Source: Tubulanus polymorphus | Lineage: Eukaryota; Animalia; Nemertea | Length of the DNA stretch: 64,000 bases | Assembly (NCBI RefSeq): GCF_964204645.1 | Contig: NC_134026.1 | Span: forward strand, 18,448,150 to 18,512,149 | Reading direction: 5' to 3' | Shown here: positions 1 to 12,300 of the stretch, piece by piece | Numbering within the stretch: the first letter of the stretch is position 1 | Layout: the number at the start of each line of letters is the position of its first letter | Program-made: the position numbers and the translations under genes | Notes under the pieces: model-generated | Told to the model about the DNA's origin: nothing | The model's database searches: none | Seen by the model: the letters and a program-made list of their open reading frames with translations, nothing else

Positions 1-104
1 TGTTCAGCAAATATCTACTAGCTCAGATTGTATGTATTAAAATATTCTCTGCTTTTATTATTTATCTATCATTGTTTTGTCAAATATACCATGTGTATTT
101 ACAG

Positions 105-125
105 ATAGAGGGGGCACAAGGGCGA

Positions 126-167
<42 letters not shown>

Positions 168-176
168 AACCACTGA
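105..176 (+). CDS. Possible terminal coding exon of an upstream plus-strand gene (IEGAQGR-D13-ENH*)
   Basis: Acceptor-like tgtatttacag ends at 104; phase-0 reading gives a short acidic tail ending TGA at 174-176. No upstream exon is visible in the window and the phase is assumed. Confidence 0.3.
126..166. repeat. (GAT)13 microsatellite
   Basis: Directly visible; it produces the poly-Met ORF 127..342 in the track. Confidence 0.97.
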
Positions 177-3100
177 AGACTTTCTACAACGAATTGTCAT
201 CTGTTTATATACATTTCATTCTGTACACTGTGATGACGATAATATCAATCTAAATGTTTATTATTACCATAAGAACGTACGCGACGTCTTTGTTTTTGCA
301 TATAGCTTACGACGAAATGAGAGAAATGTCCCGCGTCGATAGCCTGCTGCCCCCCACGAACACGAAGCTATAAGGTAGACTACCTAAGCATTTTTTGGCA
401 GCTTACCTCATGATAAAATACACATTATTGCGCACGCATATTATGTCTACGTACGTAACAATGCCCTAAATGCTTTGGTGTGATAGTTTATATTTTACAG
501 TGTGAATTGTATCCCCCTTTCTGTACTCACGACTGATATATCTATCAAAATCCCATCCCTACTACTTTTCAGATACAATATACAATGAGTCAAGCACTCA
601 CACATAAAAAAAATCTCTCATCACTCACAAATTAGATCTATGCTGCTCTACTGACACATACTAGAAATTATATACTCATATGCATTTCTTATCATTACCA
701 TTGTAGTTATATCTTTATATTATTATAAATATTAGTATTATCATGTTCATCATCATTACAGTATAACTATAAGTATATCACAGTTTATTTTATGACTTTA
801 AACAACTCCACGATAATTCAGTATTCAGTTTTTTCCCTCTCCTCTCCATTGGGGTAGCTCCAAGGGAATTGAAAAATGCAGTAAATTTACTTGATTTTAA
901 ATACACTGGAGCAATGAGAAGGTAAGAAATGGTTTGGTTTATGCTGGCAGAAAAATCATATTGATAGTATTTACCAAAAGTATGTCGATCAAAGACAGGT
1001 GGAACAGGTAAAAGTTCCTGTTTTCTATGATTTGGATCAAGTGCCTCAGTTCCTAGTTGAGATCGACTCCATCCAGATTTCAAGTTAGTTCATTTCTAAT
1101 GTTTGCTACTGGGGTTTGGCTCTCAAATGAAAAACATAAAATTTCAAATGTACCGCAGTCACAACATTGTGATAATCCAGACTGACATATTTGAAATATT
1201 TGATGGGGTTGACCGAAGTGAATTCATAGGCAATGTGTACGGAAGCGTTCTTTGAAACTATTATTCATAATTCTTTGCTTGGTGAAACTACTCTTTTGGG
1301 GTTCCCATAGACCAATATATACAATTATATGCCAATATAACAGTAAATAATTTTTCTTGGTCAACAAGCTTCGATCAGTGAATGTTTAGTTAACCCGTTT
1401 CGCTGCTTATGACATTTTGCAATTGTAGTATGAATGACACCTGCTGTGCGTACAACATTTCTACCATTTCTACCACGCACCTATTGATTTTGAGCTTGAA
1501 CACCACAGAGCGAACAGTTCAGAAACGCATGTGAGACAATTTTTGTATGAAACTAAATCGAAAATCCTAGAATCTTTTTTGTAAAATGATCCAATACGCA
1601 CCGGACAGCGCAAGTGCATACATGCAGTGTAAGGGATAAATAAGGCTATGCATTGTTCTAGAGGTAAAGCTTGACCATATACATCCGACATTTGAACCTA
1701 CTTAGTATTTTACCGCATAATTCAAAGACTGATCATAGTTTTACAATAGAAATCATATTACTCGGCAGCATTTCAACCAAATATGAAACATTTCGCAGGA
1801 TACCAAGTAAAGCTGAAAAACCATTCAATTCGCCTATGAAAGTTTCAATGACTGATATGAACCAATTTTTCAAGGAAAACGACTGGTAGTCTACTGGGTA
1901 GAAATTGACAGAGTACAGGGGTAAGCAAGTGCCTGGTAATGGAGCTGAGAATGCACAAGTTTTTTTTAAATAGTTGTATAATAGTTATAGTACAGACGGC
2001 CGTTGTAGGCTGCTGGAGCCTTTTAGCCATTTTCCTGGTAAGGATCATTCAAGCTACCTGACAAGAATATGGTAAATAGTCATACATCCACATACACAGA
2101 TTCAGTCATTATATAAATGCAAGGAATGCTTCGAGTTTCACGCACAAGCACGACAAACTACTTCACTTCATTAATGTTACAATTACTTCCTCGAAACATT
2201 TCTCAGATCAGCCTCCTGCTAGTATTATCTATAACCAATATCAATATAAATTCAAATATAAATTCTCACATTTTGATGTCTCAAAGATTGGCATAGGCCT
2301 AGCGGTAATCATTATTGGTTGAATCAGTAGTTCCCCGGCTTATGCTGACGAATGATTATTGAGTCGATAGCAAGGAAGGATCAACGATGTCAGAATTATC
2401 TTTTCGATTGGAAATTCAACAGTTGCCGATAAATCGCCCGTAGTCACACAAAGAGTGGTAGGCATGCACAACCGGATTCTTTCGATTCTTGCTTTATGCC
2501 AAGGTCGTCCAGAATCGAGGCCGAACAATCTCAGGAATCTTCGTACAGGTCTTTTTGATTAATCTCAAATAAGGTCGACGAACAGTAAGTTTATACATGT
2601 ATCGTAAGAAAATAAGCACGCCAATGATTTTGGCAACGACGGAGCACAGAGTAATTCGGGTTCAAATATACAAACAGCTCGCGCGTACGGTTGTTAGTCT
2701 CACGAAACACAAAGTTTCCGACACGGTTTTGACACGTTCGTATTGCTTTTTGAAACGTTATTGAAAAAGGCGGTCCACGCGAATTTAAGTACAAAAATAC
2801 CATATGATGAAATCAATGACGACGACGCAAGAACATCGGAGTTAAATATTCCAGCCGACGAAACGAGCAGAATCTTTCCGCAGACCGTATGAAAAGCGTA
2901 CTACGATACATCTTTGCTCGTAGCACAATTTCTTTCATTTACCGGTAAAAATAATCTTTTTATGGTTGCAACAAAAATCAATCACTTGCATTTCTTTCGC
3001 AGGATGTTTTTTTTTTAGTTTGAACGAACTGATTGTCAGAGCTTTCCCTTAATGCACAAAAGAGTACGCCACACGCCCTTTTTATTAGCGAACAGTTTTA

Positions 3101-3302
3101 ATCCTACATTACGATGAACTCCATGATGTTTCATTCATATAACGTCCGGTTTTGCTATTAGTAATCCGGTAGAACACAGGTGAGGAGGAGTTTGTTTTCA
3201 ACATTCCATATAATTCTAACGAGGGTTTTGAAGTAGTGTCGTTTTAAGTCACTATAGCTGCCAACGCTTTTTTTTTCAATTACTACGTTCGATAATCGAA
3301 AC

Positions 3303-6300
3303 TCAGCAAACGAAATCCGGATCGCTGTCTTCATCATCGTCATCACTTTCCTCGTCGCTAACGATGACTCGTCGTTTCTTTTTCTTTTTACGCGGCTTCG
3401 ATATCGGCGTCGTCGACGGCGCTGCTGAGGTTTTTGGTCGTCTGCTGCCGCTGCCGCTACCGGTTGATCCGTGATGCGAGCGTTTTTTATCCATTAATAA
3501 ATGTCGATGTTTCGATACATACTGATGAGTGTTCTGACGATTCTACATCGAAAACAAAAAGGATATGACATAAAACAATTGCTACGCAAAAATGGGAAGT
3601 GGAGTGTTCTCCATTAGAACCGTATAATTGCATAAAACATAAATTTGTACTTATTTCGATAATCTATGTACTAAGCAGCTAAAAGCTAGTGTCGACTTGG
3701 CGAACCTTAATTGTTTCAGCAGTGGAAATATTCAAAATTACTCCATCAAACTGTTCGTTTAGGAAGCGGAGTGTCAAGGGCTGCGAAATTCTATTACGGA
3801 TACCCTTATTTGACCCCCAAGCAGCTGAGAGATGGTACCCGCTAGGACGAACCTTTCATTGAAATGAATCGGTACATCTTTTGAAAAAGAAATCTCCTGT
3901 AACGGAAACATTAGACACGTTTAAAAAATCTTCCACGGCTAGAAGTATGCATTACAACTTACGTGAGAAATATGATGTTTATCATACGTAGAGCCACCGA
4001 GATTTGATTCCGAATTGTCCACAGTTTCAGCTGTTTGTTCTCCCGATTCTGGATTATCAGATGCTGCCTTTTGAGATTCTTGTTTCGTTTGAGCTACAGG
4101 AGTATGTCGACCAGTCGAAGTAGGTCCGCCCCCTCCCCCATCATCGCTGTCCTCATCAACTGGATCGATGCTCATCATCAAATATTTAAACTACAAAGTA
4201 CGGATGAAAAGAAAACTTTACCGAACACGTTCACGCCACCAAAGTGTAACTTTTTCAACTCGATTTAATGATAATTTAATAACAACAATTAATTCAACCT
4301 AACATCCAAATAAAATATGCTAATCGGCTCAACATTACATATAAGAAAGCAGAGAAAACTAAAACTGGTTTAATCAAAAGCTTTGATGATTTGATGAACA
4401 AATGGGTTTTTGAAAGGAGATTTAAAAATATCAATTGAAGGACTAGGTTATATATTCCAGTGCACTGGGGCGGAGTACGCGAGGGCTCCATGTCCAGCTG
4501 AGACTGATTATTGCAAAGGAAAACTAACAGGGATTGATTATTAAATCTTACGACTTGATTTACCAGATTGATCCCAGGTGAATCAATCAAGCAAGTGCCA
4601 AATACATTATCTATTTACTGTTACTTCAACTTGCAAGATTTTCAAACATATGGTGCTAATTCGGTGAACTTACATCTAGATATTCTTCAATCATGAGACG
4701 TTTTTCGTTATCGTTCGGACACGTGGGCGGTGTGCCCTGGTTAAGTACATCGATGACTTGTTTTGGGTCGAATTTTGCCGGCCGCCTCGTCACCGGTTTG
4801 TCATTAATTTTGGCACCATCATTCGGGGAATACCGATGAATTTTGCTACGGAGATAAACACATCAGTTCAATTTTGTAATATACGATATCAGTACAAACG
4901 CAGGGAACCTAGTGATCTCGTAGCCAAATAGAAAGCACTGAGTCAAAAATCGCTGGTGTTCAGCGACTTATTCCTTCACTTACTTGTCCGTAAATCCATA
5001 CATTTCTTTCAAATGTTGTTTCAACACCAATAACAGAATACAGCCTTGAAGAGTTTGACACAAATCCTGAATTGGAGACACATCAGCTGGCAAACGCGCT
5101 GCAAAATCAAACGATACATGACAATTAAGAACGCAAAAACAAATCCATAAGAAATTATAAGCGACATAAACGGAAAAATTGTTGCGGTTTTGGTGATTTG
5201 GCTGGAAAGCATGCATACCTAACAGAGCTTCAATACTGTCTTCTTCTTCATCTTCGTCAATTTTCACAACGCCATCAGTGCCAATTTTCTCCGGGAAAAA
5301 TATCTACAAGCAACAAGAGAAATCAGTTTTAACCTGTCAATTTTCTTAAATGAAACAGAACTTTCTAGCATACAGGAAGAAACGAATGTTTGTTCTGGGA
5401 TTGTTGATTAAGCCGGGACTAACATCTTACTCAAATGAGCACATTTCAATCTAACTTAGTGCTGATGGAAATAACTGTCGTCATATCAGAACATAGCATA
5501 ATTCTGAACTGGAAATATTTCAAGATACCGTATTTTCCGGCCAATAAGCCGATTTTCTAGCCTCAGATTTTTACCCAAAATATCGTGATCGGCTTATTGG
5601 GCGGATACGATCAGACATAAAAAATCAATTCCCGATCTATGCCACTCTAATGCTCTCAATGATCGTCAAAATCAAGAAAAGTGGTCGATATTTATTTGAG
5701 GTCATTATTTACTACCAATTATAATCTATTTTGAACTATTTTATTTTTACTTTGATTGTTCTATCACCGCACAGCGGCAATGGTATACATTTATATAATG
5801 CGCGAGTTCATCGTACTACCACGTGTCAGTTCATACATTAGTATATATGCAAATCAGCAGTGAGCCGCGTACTGCGTGTATGGCTGTGTGTATAGTAATC
5901 AGCTGAGTGAGTCTATATATAGCACAGTCACTCGGCGATGATAGTATACACAGCACTCTCACACATCGGCGGGCGCTACTGTCAGCCTCTTAAATCGTCA
6001 ATTAAGACGAACTAATTGACAAATCAGTGAATTAAACTAATTGACAAATCAGTGAATTAAAATCTCTGATGAAGGGCCTCGGCTTATTGGGCGAAGCTTT
6101 ATGAAATCCATGTATTTTAGGCTAAAAAACTGCCCTCGGCTTATTGGCCGGAAAATACGGTACGTACCTCTCGGAATGATTGAACCAGGTTCGATCCGGA
6201 AACTGAGACTAAAATGTCTATCTGGTGTATAATAAAAAGCGGTTCATCTTGCACTTGATATGGGAAATACGCGATATTATCAGCCATAAACAGCAGTTGA

Positions 6301-9300
6301 CTCAACATACATTTCTGAAAAAATTAAACATCATATCCGACATATCTATTAGCATTAGATAATACAAAGAAAATTTTGACTTACATGCATTTAGGGGCGT
6401 AACAATCATTGCAGTACTAAAATACCTGGTATGCATAGGTCCCACATTTCAATTAAAAAAAAAAAACATTCCAGATGAAACCAATTTAACATTAGATGTA
6501 TCCTATAACAGCGCTAATGATTACTTAATAGCATGACAGTAAGTTAAAAACTTGTACTTGTATTTCGTTACCCAAAAACCCTTATTCCATCTACGCAAGA
6601 GAACTAATAAGACTAAGGTGGCCGCCGATTGCTTGAAAATTTAGCGATCAAGATCCCTTCCCTAGGTCCCCATCTTAAAAAGCTTCACGCAACTCTACTT
6701 GGTTTAAAAAAATTCTCAGAAAGTCATCTAAACGACCAGTCGCTCAATTGAGCTACTCCTTACCGATGTGTCATCAAAGAGATTCAACATGGACGATAAC
6801 AAAGCTCTGCGTTGTGACCGAGCACCGCGCACCACTGAGTATAGGAATGAATTCAAACTTTGAGGACATGGTTCGACGTCGCGACAGCCGCGTATGATGG
6901 CCGCTGCACTATGAGTTTTCTGCTGTAGTTGATAGGACATTTTAATTCCAGCTAATGCTTTCATCTGAAACCAAATCAATAACGTCAATTTCTCAGTCTA
7001 ACACACGTCATCACATATTTACTGAACTGGAACAAGTTTTTCTCATCATTTTCTTAAAACTTCATCCGTCATGATTGACGAATGAAATATCCTACGGGAG
7101 ACTCTGTAGCCTCATTGGAAAAATTTTTGAACAGGGCAAGCGATATTTTGAGGCGTTCGGCTCCCCCAATAAGTGGAGTCTACGGTACAATGACATTAAT
7201 TTTACCTGGATAAAGCCTGGATACTTTTTCTCGATTTCACTGAGTTGTTGGTCGGCTTTCGCGCGCATTGTTTGATCACCATCTGTACCCATGGATACAA
7301 GATATGGCACGCACTGGAAAACAAAGAATTGGAAATATTCTTGTTGAGGCACCGTAAATTGATCTCCAATTTGTGTTGTGTTATTAACCATTTCCTGCCA
7401 GAGCTAGATTTTCCTACATGACTGGGGCAATATTCGGCGTATTTAGCATCGCCCATCTTTAATTTGTATAAGTCATTTCGTTATTTACTATCTTGGATAG
7501 AAATCAGAGAATTCTAATTTTGAGAATGTTTTCTAGTCATAGGGAATGGAAGCATAGCAGAAGGCATAAAGCACTCAGCCTTACTTTTTCTCAAAATTAG
7601 CCCATTTTTAATCAAGTTTGAACTAGATTTTTAGGCTCCCAAATCCATATACATATCATCGCATGATCGTTGAAAAATAAACTCGGATTTATTTTCTTCG
7701 CATTCTTTCCGAGAAATAGCTTTCTTTGGTAAGCTGTTTTAACGAACTTCAAGTTTGAAAATTTACCTGGACAGGATGAACGAGACCTTGTCGTAATACT
7801 AGACAGATTACGGACAGAGCAGCCGACCGTACAGTCAAGTTCTCGTCGAAGAATGATTCAAGTACGTATTTTAGATACACCTGCATTACGGTACTAGCCA
7901 TTCTGAAAATATCACAACATGAAAGCATTAAATGCATAGTATACCACTGGTGATATAAAAATTTATGCTACAGAAGGTATTACCATAGACCGCTGTATTC
8001 TATCTCAATAACCATTATATTATACTACATACCCGGACTGTATATCACCCATTTCTTTGAGATCTTCAGATTTGGCATGTTTCTTCCATTCATGATCCGA
8101 TTTGATCATTTTGATTTCTTCTTCCAACAAGTAGTTTTGAAGATTTTTCAGAACCTGGAAAAAAATGTATGAATAATTGAAGATCAAGAACAACAGCACA
8201 TGACAAAGAAACTGCATGATAATTCACAGTATGGAATATTCCCGTTTGCAGAGGTCATAATTTGATAGTTTACAGAGAATCTTTTGATTATCCACCCTCA
8301 ATTCCACAAAAATTCAGTTCATTGTCAATTACTATGCTCAATTTTGCCGCCATCAATGATACATTCAATTGGTCTAATAACAGTGGCGGATCAATGAGAG
8401 TTGGATGTACAGTAACTAAGACCCGTGTTGCTATCGATTCACAACAGAATTAATGTTTTGCAAATGACTTCATTTGAAATGCATCCATTTACGCATAGCA
8501 ACACAGGAATATTTCATGGCGTTTCAAGAAACATATCAGTGATAAAACCCTTTGAGTACCAGAGGTTATAAGAAAGACATATCTCAACATGCCCATTGTT
8601 TTCCCAATGATGTAACAATATACTTTCTATAAAACGGAAACAAGTAATAATTGATATTGATGTTTCTTCCATACCCATAATACAACTTATACATCCATAA
8701 AACATGTTCAGTATGAATTTTCAACTGTAAGTCATGTTTAACGCATGAAACAGTTTAGCCAAACCCTACAATAGGGATTCTGTCAAAGATATATCCTGGA
8801 AAAGTTTCATATCTGGCGCTGGTGTATTGATAACATCATTTTTCTGCCCCTTATACAAAGCTTTTGATGGTTTTCTGGCTGATATTTGTCATTTTTCGAT
8901 TTTGACCTTGTCTCAACAACCTTGTTAGCATTTTTTTCTCGTACATCGGCAAAGAGCTAGAGCGGTGGCGCTCAAAGGGTTAAATCAGCAGAAGGATCCA
9001 ATTTCAGTTACAGATTATTACTTTGACTATTGAAATGAAATCCTGAGTTTAATAAATCTTGGCTAAGACACTGGATCTTGAGATCCAATAAATTGATAAA
9101 ACCTGCATGCAATGAGATCGAGTTTTCATCGAGTTATGATTTTAAAAATAGATTATGCACGGTGAAAAACGGCCTCTCTTCCCAGACATAAATCAGACTA
9201 ACTAAATTATCTAGGTTAATACTGACGATGTAGGGGGATGATGACTACAATGAATAAGCAAGCACAGTTTCATCAAATCAAATGCGAAAAATGAAAATCA

Positions 9301-12300
9301 GCCTCAAATATCTATCAATCATCATTAAAATTCTGAAGGAAATACACCCTAAACTATCCGGAAATAGCACATCGATAAAAGGCAAAGTAGAGTAATAATC
9401 AAACTCAGAGCTGCCAACAATAAAGTATGATCGTGCAGGCTTATTCAGCTACAAGCCGATAAATACATCAAACTGAACCAAGATATTTCAAATTTAGCTC
9501 GATATCTATGAAAAGCAGATACATTGTATTTGGAAACAAAACCATGCTTTATAGCTGTATGATCTTCTTGCATCAAAGCATTAACCAATGGATTTGATAG
9601 TATAAACTTATACAACAAGACGAGTAGGACTTGTGGTAGGTGAAGTGGTATATTTGATGCAAGATTTTTTGCTACCAGTGTGCAGTAGCTTCATCAGGTT
9701 CATTCACCTGATGGAGTTACTATAAACTAGTAGCGAAAGCTCGTGCGTCGATAAACTAGATAACCCATTAAGTACTGCTCATGTCGTAATAATTCTATAA
9801 CAGGTTAACACCGCTCCTACACAAATCTTCTCATAGTATTAACTTTTAACAACTTTACACCGACACAATTTGGATCTTCACGTTCCATTATACCGGGTTT
9901 TAATCGAAAATCAGCCAACATGCAAAAGTGAAAATGATAGTTGGCAGCTCTGCGAAGACAAGGCATGATAAAGCGATACGCCACTGTGGTTAAGCAACTA
10001 CCACTTTACCGAGCGATATTCTTATGAGAATCATCATCAGTACCATTGCCATCATCATTATTATTATCCTCATCATCAAAATTAGCTCAAACTCGGATTA
10101 AGTGATAAGTTGTTTTCTTACCTGGCGTTTCATGTGGAATACATGATCGGGCCTTACCTGACACCCTAGTCTAACTGATAAGTGCGACCGTGTCAGGAGA
10201 CTGATATAATATTCCTTTAATCGAGTCCCCATCATTGTTTCGTAATGTCGGATACAGTAAAAACCTGCAAACATGAAGAAAACGGATTCATTGAATATTA
10301 GTTCGCACCGAACAGGCAGAGAAAGTGCGGTTCTAAGAGATGGAATCTGTTTTGCCATTAATCAAGAATGTTCAGAGAAACCATTGACCTCGCCATAATC
10401 ATAGAACATGTCCTGACAATTTTGCCATTGATCATGGTAACAAAATATGCATAGGTACCAATACATATAGAAATACCAGGTTATTGCACTATTTGATGTC
10501 CCCTAGTGAACACATACAGCGACCTATCACCTTGAAACTCAGCAACTTGCAATCATAGCGAATGTCATGAGCTACGAATTTTGTAATTGTCGATTGTGGT
10601 TATAAAGTATGTATAGGTACCAATACAAATGGAAAATATTCTATGTAATTTAGTATATTGAATGCAACTCCTGGTGGAGAGTACTAAGACTGGGTAACTC
10701 CGATCATCAGCATCTAGCAAGATTTAAAGTTAAAACCTTTTGATATTTTCGTCAACTAGGGGTCCAGGGACACCATGCCCACTTGGGAAGTGGTTTCAAA
10801 TGCTCAACAATCTAACAATTTCAACATTCAACGCCCCCTGGTGACCATTTACAAAAACCAATGACCTTGAAACTCACGACAATCATAGAACCTGTCAGCA
10901 GCTACGATTTTATAATTGATTGTGATAACAAAATATGCCTCGTTACCAATTTAATATGAAATACTAAGTCAATCTACTATTCAACGCCCCCTGGTGACCA
11001 TATTCAAAACCCAATGACCTCGAAACTCACCACAATCATAGAACATGTCATGAACTACAACTTTGCAATTGATCATGGTTACGAAATATGCCTGGGTACA
11101 AATATAATAAGGAAATACAAATATACAAAATCCAATTACCATGAAACTCACCACAATCATAGAACACGTTATGAGCTACAACTTTCTAATTGATTGTGGT
11201 AGCAAAATACGCTTAGGTATCAATATAATGTGGAAAAACTTTTTCCCACTTACGAATGAGTACTGGTGACACCAAGATGGCCGCCAATTGCGTCATAATT
11301 GGCTGATGAAAAATACCTGTCTCAGGTATAAAACATCGCTTGCCAAAGAATACCCATCACAAATTGCAATGAGAAATGATAAACCAGTAGGAAGCTACAG
11401 GACTCAGAATTTGGGCCAAAATTAACATTTTTCGGCACTAAAAAGGTCATAGGACGGCCATCTTGAGTCCGATCGACCCAATTTTTGTTATGTTGATGGG
11501 CCCTGGGGGGATTCACATATATCCGAAAGATCAAGGTAATTGATCAAAGCGTCTTCAAAATTTCCCTCAAAAAGTTCAAAAATGTGTAAAAAGTGCTGAT
11601 CTTGGCGAACAACAATGGCTGCCAGTCGGCCATCTTGATTCTGACAGGGGCAGTTTTTGGGCTGAAGATGTGTCTAGGGTAGATACATGTGTAACCCAAA
11701 TATCAAGACGTTACCTTGAAGCGTCTTCAAAACTTCCCAAAATAACTGGATTCCGTCTACGGACGGACGACGGACGAAAAGTGAAGGCAATAGCCCGCTG
11801 GGACTAAAGTCCCAAGTGGGCTAAAAACTTTTTACACATCTATGCATGAGGACTGATGAGACTGATAGCCGCCAATTGCAAAAAATTGACTGATCAAATA
11901 GCTGTCTGATATGTAGAGGAACCCGTCACAAGCATTCCCTTCACAAATTTAAATGACCCTTTTCAGCAACGAAACTGGTAATAGTGCAGTAACAATTTTT
12001 ATTATGATGCTAAAGCCCTAGGTGGATATGTCATATACAAATGAATCATCATGAAAATTGCTTGTGAAGCGACCCACCCTGAAAATTTATCTATGCTTGA
12101 AATTAATGTGGACACAGTTTGTAACATACCCAATCCTGATAAAGCTTTATGACGTATGTCTTCATCTTCGTGTTCGGTGAAATGCATCAACACTTCAAAC
12201 ACCCGATCTCGTATGGAAATCTGAAATAAACATCAACATTACATTGCTCATGGATAAAGAGTTTTCAATTTCAATCCGATGACAATAATGATGTTGACAT

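Noticed and set aside
127-342. Poly-Met ORF
   Set aside because: Artefact of the (GAT)n microsatellite read in the ATG frame.
790-1083. 97-aa minus ORF downstream of NIPBL
   Set aside because: No recognisable motif or splice context; probably UTR or intergenic sequence.
6066-6097. CTGATGA...GCGAAG hammerhead-like string
   Set aside because: No GAAA/UH core or closing helices; part of a MITE subterminal repeat.
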